This document shows positions 1 to 11,326 of a stretch of 64,000 nucleotides of DNA, one piece after another; position 1 is the first letter of the stretch, and every line of letters starts with the position of its first letter. The stretch comes from Amoebidium appalachense. Taxonomy: Eukaryota > Protista > Ichthyosporea. The stretch is from NCBI GenBank assembly GCA_963693365.1, contig CAVNZM010000003.1, positions 6,042,509-6,106,508 of the forward strand. Direction: 5' to 3'. The notes below the pieces were generated by a model. It had not been told where the DNA came from and did not search any database. It saw only the letters and a list, made by a program, of their open reading frames with translations. A program made the translations under genes and the position numbers.

Positions 1-1873
1 TCCCCCGAGCCCCCCCCCCCCACTGGCCAACAACCCTTGCTGCCGGCCCCCCCGTTGCTGTGCATCAACCCGGCTACATGACTCCGGTTCGTCCTGGGTC
101 CCCCACCTTCCACTCGGCCACGAGCAGCCCTGTGGACACCGATGCCCCCCTCACCACCGGTCCTATTCCTGGCTTCCATGCCCCTATCCCGGCCTCCACC
201 ACCTACCCGGCCACCACCCCCCTCAAGGACCCCCCCACGCCCAACCTTCGTCGGTCTACACGTCTCACCAAGACTCCAACGGCACTGGTCAGCATCGTAG
301 CACCGACCATCAACATTGACCAGCTCCCCAAGGGCATTCAAAAGCTTTGCAACGGTCCCAACGGTGATGCCGTCATAGCTGCCCTCACCTCCGAGTACCA
401 AGCCTTCATCACCAAGGATGTCTTCACCATTGTTGATCCCCCCCTGGTGCCAACATCATCAAGTTCAAGTGGATTGTGACTGAGAAAGTCCTCAACTCAG
501 CCGGTGACACCAAGATCAAAGCTCGTGGTGTTGCAAAGGGCTTCACTCAAGTCTACGGTGTTGACTACGGTGACACCTCTTCCCCCGTGGTGATGTCCTC
601 CTCCGTCCGTGCCCTCCTTGCCATCGGTGTGGACGGCAACCATGAGATTCATCAACTCGACGTCTCAACTGCCTTCCTCAACAGTCCTCTTCAAGAAGAC
701 ATCTACATTGAGCCACCACCTGGCTTCATCACCCCCGGCAACGAACACAAGGTCTGGAAACTTAAGAAGGCACTCTACGGGCTCAAGCAAGCATCACTGG
801 CCTGGTATGAGTACTTCGACAAGGTCCTCCTTGCTCACGGTCTCGAACGTCTCCGTTCAGATCCATGTGTCTACATCAAGACCTTCCCCAACGGTGACAT
901 CATCCTCACTGGCAACTATGTGGACGACGTCATCATCATCTGCACGGCCAACTCCTCCCACACCAAGGATCTAGTAGACCACATCATGAAGTCAGCTCTC
1001 TGCAAGGTTGACCTTCCCGACATCTTCCTTGGCACCCAGCTCATCCACACCCCCGGTCACCTCAAGCTGCTTCAGCAATCCTACATCAACGACATCGTCA
1101 GAGACTTCAACCTCAACGATGCTCACCCCAAGGCTACTCCCATTCCCGTCGGCACCGTCATCACCATCAACGAGAACGACTCACCACCCATCAAGGTTCC
1201 CTACCGTGAACTACTCGGCCGTCTTTTGTGGGTTGCTCGTTGTTCCCGGCACGACATCTCCTTTGCCATCGGCTACCTCGGTAGATTCAGTGCCAACCCC
1301 ACCAAACTTGCATGGGAATGTCTACTCCGTGTAGTTCGTACCTCATCGGCACTTCCAACCTCGGCCTTCACTACGACAAGTCTGCTTCCGACGACAACAC
1401 CCCCTTGCTGGAGTGTTATTCTGATGCTGACTTTGCCAACTGCCCCAACACCCGTCGTTCAACCACCGGATACGTCATCTTCCTCAAGGGCATACCCATC
1501 ACATGGTATTCGAAGCTGCAGTCCATCACGGCAACATCCACCACCGAGGCTGAGCTTCTGGCCATCAATGCTGCTGTTCAAAACGTCATCTGGCACCGTG
1601 ATCTCCTCCGTGAACTCGGCTACCCGATGACCGACCCCACCCCCGTCTACTGTGACAACCAGTCCACCATTGCCCTCCTGCACACCAACAGCATCAAGCA
1701 CCGGACCAAACACATTGCAGTCCGTTACCACAACACGAAGGACTACATCAAGAGTGGGGATGTGGTCGTCACCTACGTGTCCAGCAAAGACAACGTGGCT
1801 GACATCTTCACCAAGCCCCTGCCCGGGCCCTCCCACGAGCAGCACCGTGATTCACTCAGTCTTCGTGACTGAG

Positions 1874-1918
<45 letters not shown>

Positions 1919-2527
1919 TCATCTACAGTGGTCTTCAAGTAGGTTGGGGCCCTGGCCAGTGGTCTACACATCACCGTGTAGAGACACCTCCCAACGAAAG
2001 TCTACTGCTGTCTTCATCGATCTTCAGTGTGTGCATCTTCAGTGGGGATCTCTTCTCCACCATCCGTCGTTTATTTATATACCACCATATATATAATGTA
2101 TTTATCATTAGCCACCAACACGTCACACATACACTAGTTGTTTCTTCTATATATATTTATATATCACGTCATTGGCTACCGTCATCTTCCGAGTCTTCAG
2201 AGGCAACCGTCGTTGTGTGCTTCTTCCGTTTTGGTTTTCTTCCCCGGCTTGCACCTTCAAGTCTTCTCCATTGTCTTCTCGAGTGGGGAAACTTGACTGT
2301 GACTTCACGGCACCTACTTCTACATGTGTGAAAGTCTTAACATCAACAGTCACATCAACAAACTTCACGAGAACCCAACTTCCAACCCTTGAGTGGGGAT
2401 GTCATCTTCACTTAATTCTCAGCAAGACTTAGAAGTTGAGTTTGGTATTTATTTATTAGTTGTTGTAGTTTGTTTCCTTTTCCTTTCTTCATTTCTTTCT
2501 TTCTTTTCCGTTTCCGTGTACACGACA
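1..2527 (+). mobile_element. Ty1/copia LTR retrotransposon, 3' portion (5' end outside window)
   Basis: RT and RNase H motifs. PPT GAGTGGGGA at 2391-2399 is followed by TGTCAT at 2400. Candidate LTR end ACGACA at 2522-2527 (LTR end is tentative). Confidence 0.9.
60..1872 (+). pseudogene. pol: copia pol (IN-RT linker, RT, RNase H) broken by two 1-nt frameshifts
   Basis: RRSTR linker; KARGVAKGFTQ, QLDVSTAFLN, LYGLKQA, YVDD; RNase H YSDADFA..RRSTTGY..CDNQS..HIAVRYH. Shifts at the C run near 439-445 and near 1338. Confidence 0.9.
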
Positions 2528-2989
2528 TCTTAGATCTGTGTACGTATCGACATACTTAGCTCGCGCACACGTATTGTCGTTTGCGTCAAAATCTATATAT
2601 GTCATCCAATCATATCTCGTTTGTATTTTCCCAAATATAGTAACTTACATTCCTTTCTCATTCCTTTCCCACGACGTAGCATTGTGCTATGTTCTTCAAC
2701 TATTAGGAATAATTATATTTAGACGTGTTATGATAAGAACATGTATAAATATATGTTATGAATTAATAGTTACATAAGTGGTTTCATTTTATTAAATGTT
2801 TCCGTGCTTTTATTAGAAGTTTCTTTCATTGGAGGATTGAGTTTTATATTCTAAATGTCGACAGACATTTTATTCGATATATTTTACACTCATAGTTTTC
2901 ATTCTTTTGATTGGTTTATCGTTTCACATTCCCAAGTATAAAAGGGACCTCATCTTGAAATAAATCATAAGCAGTCGTATTCACTTCCT

Positions 2990-3952
2990 ATGGTTCCAGA
3001 AATCGTTCCTCCTCTCCGGTTGTGTTTTTCCCGTGTGTCTTTGTGTTGTGTTTTACATAACACCCATCTGTGCTCTCTGCTTCTCCGTTTACCCACACAA
3101 AATAACACCTACCTTCGCAGCTTTGTGCTTCACGTGGGCGCACGGCTCGAACTTTGGATCGGTCCGATGTGTCAATGTTACCACCGGGTCCCTTGCAGGC
3201 ACGTATGCAGCACCAGGTGTCGCAGGCATGCCCTCTCTGTACCGCAACATGTTCCAAACGGACAACTTCTTCTACCTTGTCCCCAAGCCGGGCTTTGTCG
3301 CCGTTGAGAGGAGGTACCCGAGCTTCGGATCGGATAGCTGGACCGCCCCACCAGGCGCCCTCTGCACAGAGTACCTCAGTTGGCTCTCGAACACACCCGT
3401 TCCCGCAGATCTTGTCAGCGACGGGAGAAGCGATTCCTATATTTTCGGAGGCGCCATCAACAACGAGAACATACTATTGGACGTCGGCATGGATGAGATA
3501 AGCGTATCGTAGGCCACAAAACAAAGTTTGTCTGTGTTGTCCCTCAGGCTACAAAGTACAGATACGTGGCACTGCCTTATAATGTGGCAATCAACACCGC
3601 AAAAACCAAGCAGTCGGTCAGGGATAGTACGGAACCGTTCTGGGACACAAACGAAATGGGGCGCCTCATGGAGGCCGCCAACCCAGGCGTTTCGTGTGCG
3701 AAATTTGATTTTACAAGCGACATGAATGAACCTCTGGTGTCCTCCTTCTACACGGGCTCCCCGTGGCCCGCACAAACGACTGGCAACTACTACACGGGAA
3801 GCATCGTGCGCCTGGACGACCTCGAGGGCGCAAAGCCAGATGGCACCGTCGACGCGCAGCAGTACAAGGACGTGGACTACTATGACGCCACACGGAACCT
3901 GACGTGGCGCTGGTGCGACTGGGCCGGCTGGTATCTCAACATAAATGCGTGA
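2990..3952 (+). CDS. hypothetical protein, probably spliced
   Basis: ORFs 3033-3512 and 3566-3952 join in frame through a GT..AG intron at 3504-3547 (DEIS|ATKYRYVALPY). TATA GTATAAAAG at 2936. 5' structure uncertain. Confidence 0.5.
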
Positions 3953-3964
3953 ACTTGTCAGACT

Positions 3965-5188
3965 TTACTCAAGCCGGGCGACCAGCGCCTCGAGCGCCGA
4001 CGTCAGCCGGTCCACATGGTCGTTGATGGCCAGCACGGCCTCGGCGATCGTCGCCTTGCCCGCGGCGGGCCCCACGGTCGGCGCGGCCCACGTGCCCACG
4101 TTGGCCGGCGGGGCGCTCGCGTTCAGCGCATGCACGGCGGCGGCGATGGTGGCCTTGGTCGCGGCGGGGCCCGTGGTGGGGGTGGTATAGGTGCCCACCA
4201 CACTGGTGTTTGCTTTCGTGTTCAACTGCGTATCGCAGTAACTTTTGTCGGCCTTCGCAGCCAACGTCGTTCCCTGCGTGGTCACGGTGGTCTGGAGTGC
4301 CTGAACCGTGGACGAGTCTGCTTTTCCCGCCAGCGTAGTGCCTTGAGTCTGGACGGTTGTTTGGAGTGCCTGCACAGTGCTTGAGTCTGCTTTCGCCGCT
4401 AGGGTTGTGCCCTGTGTCTGCACGGTGCTCTGCAAAGCATCCACAATGGTAGCTTCCGCTTTTTTGGTTAGAAGGCCGTCTACGTAGATGGTTCTGTTAG
4501 TGAAATCGGTTCTTAAAGTTGCAACCACGGCCTTGGTCTCCCTGTTCGACAATTCGCTGTCTACATAGACAGTCCGGTCGGTGAAGTCACTGCGGAGCTG
4601 GGCCACCACACTCTTCTCTTCTTTTAGGAGGACTTGCTGTTCGATGTTTGTGCACCGGTCACCAAACTCCTGCGTGATGCCATCGAGAGTTGTGTCGATC
4701 GTGATCTTATCTGCTTTCTGGTCTAGGCGCTCCGCCACCCTAACGAGGACTTGCTGTTCGATGTTTGTGCACCGGTCACCAAACTCCTGCGTGATGCCAT
4801 CGAGAGTTGTGTCGATCGTGATCTTATCTGCTTTCTGGTCTAGGCGCTCCGCCACCCTAACTTCATCTGCTTTTGTGTTAACCACCTCGGCAAGTGCTGC
4901 CAGTGCAGTCTTCTCAGCCTTGAGAGCCAGACTAGCTTGATGGCTTCTCAATGTTGCGTTGATTTCCTCCACCGTGCACAACACGATATCGTCCTTGACC
5001 GTCAGCGCGCTGTTCAGGACCCCCACCGCCGCGCCCAGCGTCAGCCCCGCGCACGGCCCCTCAACCGGAACGGAGTAGAGAGGACTTGGGCCACGCACGC
5101 TGCCGCATCCTCGAGGTTCAGGGTGCCCGTGTCGAAGGAGATGGAGTGGGGCACGAGTGCCTGATCCATGCACACCAGTTCTTTGCAA
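3965..5188 (-). CDS. fibre-like coiled-coil repeat protein (phage/viral tail-fibre type KAD repeats)
   Basis: Repeats LxxKADxxxVxxL, YVDGLLTKKA, YCDTQLNTKAN. The true N-terminus may lie in ORF 5041-5226 across a frameshift. Confidence 0.6.
   Translation of the reverse strand: MQRTGVHGSGTRAPLHLLRHGHPEPRGCGSVRGPSPLYSVPVEGPCAGLTLGAAVGVLNSALTVKDDIVLCTVEEINATLRSHQASLALKAEKTALAALAEVVNTKADEVRVAERLDQKADKITIDTTLDGITQEFGDRCTNIEQQVLVRVAERLDQKADKITIDTTLDGITQEFGDRCTNIEQQVLLKEEKSVVAQLRSDFTDRTVYVDSELSNRETKAVVATLRTDFTNRTIYVDGLLTKKAEATIVDALQSTVQTQGTTLAAKADSSTVQALQTTVQTQGTTLAGKADSSTVQALQTTVTTQGTTLAAKADKSYCDTQLNTKANTSVVGTYTTPTTGPAATKATIAAAVHALNASAPPANVGTWAAPTVGPAAGKATIAEAVLAINDHVDRLTSALEALVARLE
4628..4861. repeat. 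exact 117-bp in-frame tandem duplication inside the fibre-like gene
   Basis: Identical units start at 4628 and 4745 (39 aa). Confidence 0.95.
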
Positions 5189-5211
5189 CGCAACATTTGC
5201 TTACAGCGCCG

Positions 5212-5421
5212 ATGATAATCATGCAAGCCACTGATCTGTCACCTGTTGGATCTACCATCACAACAGTCGCGGAAGAGAGGCCCGTCAATGGCCGCCGTAA
5301 ATGTGAGCATGGTAAGCAAAGAACGCGCTGCAAAGCCTGTGGTGGGGCTAGAATTTGCCTGCATGGCAGAAACAAACGGCACTGTAGGCAAGGAAACACC
5401 AGATCTGGGTGTGCAGTATAG
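5212..5421 (+). CDS. short CxHG..CxxCGG..ICxHG zinc-repeat protein, probably truncated
   Basis: CEHGKQRTRCKACGGARICLHGRNKRHC, a repeat type I recognise from large DNA virus proteins. Confidence 0.55.
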   Translation: MIIMQATDLSPVGSTITTVAEERPVNGRRKCEHGKQRTRCKACGGARICLHGRNKRHCRQGNTRSGCAV

Positions 5422-5845
5422 CAGGCTGGTGTCAATCGAAGACATGGAGAGCTGGAGACATGGAGAGCTACTGGCCCCGTTTCAAGTGAAAACGAGTCCG
5501 GTGGAGGAGGTTATAAGCTGTAGCCCGACCGGGAGGGGCTCCTTTTATTCAATATAAACGGTCCTGGACAGGGCGAACAGGGTCAATCCCTGTTCTCTAG
5601 AAATTTCGGAGACATTGTAACCGTGTGCCACGGTGTTCTCTTGGCTTTCGGGAGACATGGTGGGTACCGGGTGGGTACCGGCGCGGCTATTCTCTATGAA
5701 ATGACGGGCCAATCGTTCACAGAAGCCGCCGCGTTCTCTCTGGTTTGTGCAGAAATCGTTGGACTGAGTAGCGGGTGGTAGGCAGGAGAACAGGGTGCAC
5801 GCCCCTCGTCCCGTAACACGAGCGCACATTTTTAAGGCTTCACGC

Positions 5846-7579
5846 ATGAACATACAGGGCGGCACCCCCACCACAGGCTCACAGGGGTTCAAGCGCCCCC
5901 GAGAGCCCGAGCGCGACCTGCCCTCGCATGCGGATATTGCCGTCAGGAACGTGCATCTGATCTCCGACATGGGTGCCGTTGAAGGTGAAGAGGCCGCCGA
6001 GGGCGAGAACGCCAACAACCCCTTCGACCTAGTCGCCAACTACGGCGTGACGCTTCTTAGACCTCACACGCTGCTTGCCAGCCCTTATGCCACACGGTAC
6101 CTGTCCGAAGTCCTGGCCTATTCCCTGGTTCTTGTTCCGGGCGAGCTGGGGCGGCGGGAGCACGACTGCGGCGACAAGGAGGCGTACTTGACCGGGCCCA
6201 TGTACAAGAACAATCCCTTCTGGCGGTCCCATGGCACCACCGTCCCCCTCGACCCGCCGGGCGGCCAGCTGTATGACCAGATCGCCCGCATGGTCTCCAA
6301 CAGCTCGCGCAACCTGTCCCTTCGGCCTCCGGTTACACGCCCGGGGGGGCCTGCCTACACCGGCATCACCCTTGCCATCGCGGCGACGGGCTCCGACGCA
6401 AACACCCTCTGCGAAACGGTGGCCATCCAGGCCGCGCGGGTGCGCAACTCCCACTGGGACTGGATGGCGTGCCCGTGTGACGCATCCGCATGCAACTGCA
6501 ACGACGCCGCAATCCTTCTGTACGACACCTACGGCGCCGGCCGGGGCACCTTTGCCGGTGCGTCGCGATACGGGTTTTCGCAGAACTGCAGCTGGAGGAG
6601 AGCCCACGTCGTGCGTCGCAAGGCGAACGAGTCGGCCGTGGACGCGCTCGCACGTGCCCAGGATGAGCTTGCGGGGCAGGGTATACCTGTCGGGGCCGTG
6701 TTCGTCGAGTTCCTGAACGGCCACCACGTGGTCATGATGTCCAAGGACGACGCCTGTGCCATCCGGCAGTGGTGCAGCGACCAGAGGGTGTATCTCATCG
6801 CTGATGAGATTCTGAGCGCGTTTCGCTGCGGCGCGCTCTTCTCGTTCCAGTTGTACGACGGTGCCGTAGTGCCGGACCTGGTCACGCTGGGCAAGGGTTT
6901 GCAGTTGGGCCTCGTCGTAAAGATCGTCGACCCCAACACCCGACTGAGCGAGGTGGAGAACTTGTTGCGCAACACAAGCCCAGGGTACAACCTGCACATC
7001 CCGCAGGTTGCCAGCATGGAGCTCTGCAACACGGGGATATTGACCGCGCTCCATGTCTTGCACGTCATCGAGGCAGGCGACCACATCTACGGAGCCGCGG
7101 AAAGGTGTCGCGAGCTCTGCTACGGCCTAAACCGATACCACAACGTCATCACCATACGCGTGGGTGCCATGGCAGGCCTCTACACCCCCGACTTCCTTCC
7201 AGACAACTCCCCTCCAACGGCCCCGGGCTCGACGGACCCGTTCACGCGCTTGCTCGATTTCCTGCTGGGACCCGACGACCACGTCGGGAAATACAGGGGC
7301 TATGCGCGCAAGCAGTACCGCCCCGACGCCCATTCACAAGTCCCTCCCGGCATGGCAGGGTTTCACTTCACCTGCACCGACTGGGAGCGCGACCACCGCG
7401 TGCTCTACAGCAGCACCCAGTCCAACAGGATCTGCCCGCCCCTCGACCTCACCACCGCCGAGGTGCACGGAATCGTCGATTGCGGCCGACTGCGGCTGTT
7501 CCCCCACAACCCGACCACATACGGGCCCATCGAGTCGGTGAACGCGCAGGTGGATATGGGCCTGGTTGTCCCGGTCTAA
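5846..7579 (+). CDS. divergent class-III PLP-dependent aminotransferase
   Basis: Intronless. TGSDAN, AVFVEF, LIADEILSAFRCG and PDLVTLGKGL (PLP lysine) occur in canonical order. Confidence 0.8.
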   Translation: MNIQGGTPTTGSQGFKRPREPERDLPSHADIAVRNVHLISDMGAVEGEEAAEGENANNPFDLVANYGVTLLRPHTLLASPYATRYLSEVLAYSLVLVPGELGRREHDCGDKEAYLTGPMYKNNPFWRSHGTTVPLDPPGGQLYDQIARMVSNSSRNLSLRPPVTRPGGPAYTGITLAIAATGSDANTLCETVAIQAARVRNSHWDWMACPCDASACNCNDAAILLYDTYGAGRGTFAGASRYGFSQNCSWRRAHVVRRKANESAVDALARAQDELAGQGIPVGAVFVEFLNGHHVVMMSKDDACAIRQWCSDQRVYLIADEILSAFRCGALFSFQLYDGAVVPDLVTLGKGLQLGLVVKIVDPNTRLSEVENLLRNTSPGYNLHIPQVASMELCNTGILTALHVLHVIEAGDHIYGAAERCRELCYGLNRYHNVITIRVGAMAGLYTPDFLPDNSPPTAPGSTDPFTRLLDFLLGPDDHVGKYRGYARKQYRPDAHSQVPPGMAGFHFTCTDWERDHRVLYSSTQSNRICPPLDLTTAEVHGIVDCGRLRLFPHNPTTYGPIESVNAQVDMGLVVPV

Positions 7580-7745
7580 GGTTGCCAAAGACCATTGTAG
7601 CCGTCAGCCAAAGCCCTCCCGATTCTGCGGTGGGGCCTGCGGGGCTGGGGGGGGCTGGGAGGGGCGCCTGTGGCACACGTGCCTCGCGTGCCTCGCATGC
7701 CTCTCATGCCTCGCAAGCCCTGCGCGCCCCTCCCAGCCACCCGGG

Positions 7746-8042
7746 CTAGTGTCGGGTCCGATTCGGGCTCCCCGGTTCTTTGGTGTGCTGCTGCATGTGC
7801 CGCTTGAGGCTCAAGGCATACCGAAACTGCCGTCCGCACCCCGCATGCGCGCACACGTGCCGCAGAATCCCCGCATGCCTGTCGCTGTGCGCCGCAAAGT
7901 TGCTGTTGCGGGTGGTGGAGTAGCCGCAACCGTCGACTGTGCACCGATACACCTTGTACTCCTTGACCATGACTGGGCCTAGCTCAGACCTGCACGTGCA
8001 TGGAAACATTATGTTACTGAAGGAACGGAAAATATTTTCCAT
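7746..8042 (-). CDS. small protein with two C2H2 zinc fingers
   Basis: YRCTVDGCGYSTTRNSNFAAHSDRH and HVCAHAGCGRQFRYALSLKRHMQQH. Alternative ATG at 7970. Confidence 0.8.
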   Translation of the reverse strand: MENIFRSFSNIMFPCTCRSELGPVMVKEYKVYRCTVDGCGYSTTRNSNFAAHSDRHAGILRHVCAHAGCGRQFRYALSLKRHMQQHTKEPGSPNRTRH

Positions 8043-8234
8043 GGTCACGGACTCTGTCACTGCAGGTCGCTGCTGATTTGCCTGAGGGGCTGATGGTGGG
8101 TGACCTGTCTCCCTTGCTCCGCAGGCCCGCACGCAGGTATATAAGCACGCACCCGACCGGTTCCGGTCACAGTCTTGATCTTTGCTTCGAGTGTGACAGG
8201 CGACGACGAGAAAATATTTTCTATACAACCTGTA

Positions 8235-9668
8235 ATGCTGGCGACACCTACCTCTAAGCGGCAGCGCGGGGACGCCGAGGCCATGGTCGCCCGCCACCTA
8301 TTCCTGGCTACTGACGACGGACAACCACGCTTTGTGTCTTCAAGTTGCATTGGTCGCTGGGCTGACTTGAACCACATTATGCAGTTCCTACAGTCAAAGG
8401 TGGCAAGTGTGGTACATGCAAGCAACACGTACATCGTCAAGCTCAGCAGCGGCAGCAAGTCAGTTTTTGAGATCATGGGGAAGGACGCAGTCGCTACCAA
8501 GTTGGCCTCGATGCAGTTTCTGTACATCACAACAGACAAGAAGGGAAACCCAGTGGAGAATTGGTACAAGGGTGAGAACTACCTGCGCGAGCCTGTGTGC
8601 ACGTGGTTTGAGCGTATTGTTTTTGACCCCTCCGATCCCAACTGCACCTCCGAGGACAACCTGTACAACTTCAACACGTACAAGGGCATGACCTTTGACC
8701 CCATTGACGGGTTCAGAGTGGAGATCGACCGGGTGAGACCAATGCTTTGGCATTTGGAGAGGGTGATGGCAGCTGACAACCCCGTAATGGGAGATTTCCT
8801 CACTACCTGGTGTGCCCACATCATCCAACACCCAGGGACCAAGCCCGACAGTTGTTGTCTGTTTATTTCCAAACAGGGAACAGGCAAAGGTGTCTTCTGG
8901 ACCATATTTTCCAAGCTGCTCGGCGAGCGCCTCGTGGTCACCGTGAACAGCAAGCATCGCTTGGTCGGAAACTTCAACAACCACTTGGCAGACAGGCTGT
9001 TGGTGCTGGTGGATGAAGTCATGTTTGGTGGTGAACATGCAGTCAACAACCAGCTCAAGAACATGATAACCGATACCACCATGGTAATCGAGCGTAAGGG
9101 TATTGACTCAATGACCCGCCGGTCTTGCGAACGTTACGTCTTCATGTCAAACGAAGAGTGGCCGCTGCGCGTTGAGGCAAGCGACCGAAGAAGCGCCTGT
9201 TTCGAAGTGTCACCTATGAAAGTCGGTGATTCCGAATACTTCAGCAACCTCAGGGCCCACTTTGACGACAAAACTAATCTTGAGCACCTTTTTCATTTCT
9301 TCTACCAGCATCGCCCAAACGGAAATCCCGTGGCTTTGTTCCTTCCACCACCCGATTCCACACTCAAGGACGAGCTAAAAGCCATGTGCCGCGACGACTA
9401 CGTTACCTTCCTGAAAGATCTTGTGGCCTGTCGGAATGGATGCGAACACATGGGTGTCTCTGATGGAACAGTCACCGACTCAGCGAATATGCTGAATTTG
9501 TTCAAGGAGTGGTGCGAGAAAAACGGCAAGGACCCCAAAAGAGCAAGCTTGACCATAATGGGCAGAACACTCAAAAGGGTGTTTGGCGAAAGGGTTTCAG
9601 TTCACGTCCCCAACTCCACCCCCACCAAAGGCTACCGGGTAGCTTTTGCCAAGGTCGTAGAACATTAA
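8235..9668 (+). CDS. SF3 helicase of D5/DUF5906 (phage/plasmid primase-helicase C-terminal) type
   Basis: Walker A SKQGTGKG, GNFNNHL, Walker B LVLVDE, LKNMIT..IERKG, motif C VFMSN, arginine finger SDRR. TATA GGTATATAAG at 8136. Confidence 0.9.
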   Translation: MLATPTSKRQRGDAEAMVARHLFLATDDGQPRFVSSSCIGRWADLNHIMQFLQSKVASVVHASNTYIVKLSSGSKSVFEIMGKDAVATKLASMQFLYITTDKKGNPVENWYKGENYLREPVCTWFERIVFDPSDPNCTSEDNLYNFNTYKGMTFDPIDGFRVEIDRVRPMLWHLERVMAADNPVMGDFLTTWCAHIIQHPGTKPDSCCLFISKQGTGKGVFWTIFSKLLGERLVVTVNSKHRLVGNFNNHLADRLLVLVDEVMFGGEHAVNNQLKNMITDTTMVIERKGIDSMTRRSCERYVFMSNEEWPLRVEASDRRSACFEVSPMKVGDSEYFSNLRAHFDDKTNLEHLFHFFYQHRPNGNPVALFLPPPDSTLKDELKAMCRDDYVTFLKDLVACRNGCEHMGVSDGTVTDSANMLNLFKEWCEKNGKDPKRASLTIMGRTLKRVFGERVSVHVPNSTPTKGYRVAFAKVVEH

Positions 9669-9686
9669 ACACCATGACGGTGCTAA

Positions 9687-9946
9687 TAGACACATAGACA
9701 GCTAGACACTTGACCCCGTACCTGTGGTAGGATGCCCCATGGACACCATTTGTATAGTAGGAATCGGATATTTTTACTCTTCCCCCCGACCGCCAATCCT
9801 GCTGTCTATGTGTCTATCTGTCTATGAACTCCTTATTTCATATATGTATTAACTATATTTATATATAAAAATGTATAGACACATACTAGTCACAAGCATT
9901 CCTCTAGACAGATCCGCTAGACAGGTCCATAGACACCTTCTAGACA
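9687..9946. promoter_or_regulatory. iteron-like TAGACA array around an AT-rich core (candidate replication origin)
   Basis: TAGACA at 9687, 9695, 9703, 9876, 9905, 9918, 9930, 9941; inverted TGTCTA at 9803, 9811, 9819; AT-rich 9833-9875. Confidence 0.6.
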
Positions 9947-10024
9947 CCATCGAAAAATGTCAACCGGGCAACCAACTCGTCTGAAGTCCGCCTGGTGCGG
10001 CCCAGGAATAAAAATTACAAACTT

Positions 10025-10057
<33 letters not shown>

Positions 10058-10058
<1 letters not shown>

Positions 10059-10312
10059 TACCACCTGTACACCAGCAGGCCAGCGAGCAGCACGAGCAGT
10101 ACCATGCATGCAAGCGCTATGCCCCTCCACATCGAAGCCCTCTTGAGCTGTGCATCATGGTCGTCCAATGAAGTGCCCATGTAGAGCATGAAGCGCGTGT
10201 TGTTGTCGATGGTCAGGTGGTACTCGTGCGGGTCGGCGGCAATGTCATCCCTGCGCACCCACGAGTTACTCGGGTTGTCAAATCTCAGGTTTGCAATGTT
10301 CGGAGAAGTCAT
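10058..10312 (-). CDS. small protein with C-terminal transmembrane anchor
   Basis: 84 aa ending GIALACMVLLVLLAGLLVYRW. Confidence 0.55.
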
Positions 10313-10392
10313 ACCTTCCGAAGAGATAGTTTGGAGCGCCCCCTCCCCAGCAACTCGGGGAGCACACACAGAGATTATGCATCGCAGTGCTA

Positions 10393-11326
10393 ATGGAACC
10401 TAAAAACCGCTGGGACGTAGGGCGCGCCAAGACGGAGGACGCACTGACGAGGTACATGGACAGGGTGTGCTCGGGTGAGGATCCGGAAGGAACATGGTGG
10501 TTTCTTCGATGGGGGGGGCTTCAGATGGCGGTTCCTGTAGTAATAGCAGGACCGCACATCGAACTTTGGAGTCTTCAAATCCAACACATAACGCGCGTAA
10601 AGGCCTCGGATTATGAGGTACCGTACAACTCCAACCCTCCCACTACCAACACAACCCGCAGCAGCCCACACATCTATGATATCTACAAGAGCGAGGATTA
10701 TGAGAGTCCGGACAACCCTCACCCCGCTGCCGACACGACCCTTAGTCCCTACGTCTATGAAATCTACATTTTCAGCCAGCCCAGAACTGAGTTGTTTCCC
10801 TATGATAATTTCTTCCATGAAAATTACAGCCGTCAAACCCCTCAAGACATTATTAAACAGACCAGGGACGGTTGGGTCTTTTGGAATGCATACGGGAATC
10901 CCGACCTGGACGAGGCCAAAAACACAGCGCCCGGTGTCTCGAGGAGGCCCTACTGGTTTATGCCCGAACTGCTCTTTGAGACCCTTGTCAAAGAACCGCC
11001 CCTGACCAAACCTCGGACCCTGCTCGAGTCAGCCTACCGCGCCGGAGTGTCGCACGGCGCGCCCACCACCATGGCCCCGGGCGGCGCAACCACCGAGGAC
11101 CTGAGCACAGCACTTGAAGATTGGGGTGAGCGCTGGCTTGACTATTTTTTCAAAGAGGTCGGCCAGCGTGGTGGAGGCAGCAGGGCTGCCGCTGCGCGAG
11201 GGTGTCTTTGACAGAGCCTACGGGCGCAACCGCAACCAGGAGTTCGAGGGGGTGGGTGCGGATTTTGATGAGTGGAACGAGGGGACCCCCTGGAGCAACG
11301 CGGGCAATTTGGGACATGCCTTATAG
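10393..11326 (+). CDS. hypothetical protein (ORF to 11211, possible frameshifted tail to 11326)
   Basis: Long intronless ORF with an internal repeat DYE.P....P...TT.SP..Y.IY. Confidence 0.55.

Noticed and set aside
2528-2900. AT-rich stretch as further foreign (insect) DNA
   Set aside because: Composition alone is insufficient and no coding motif is recognisable; a BLASTN search would be needed.
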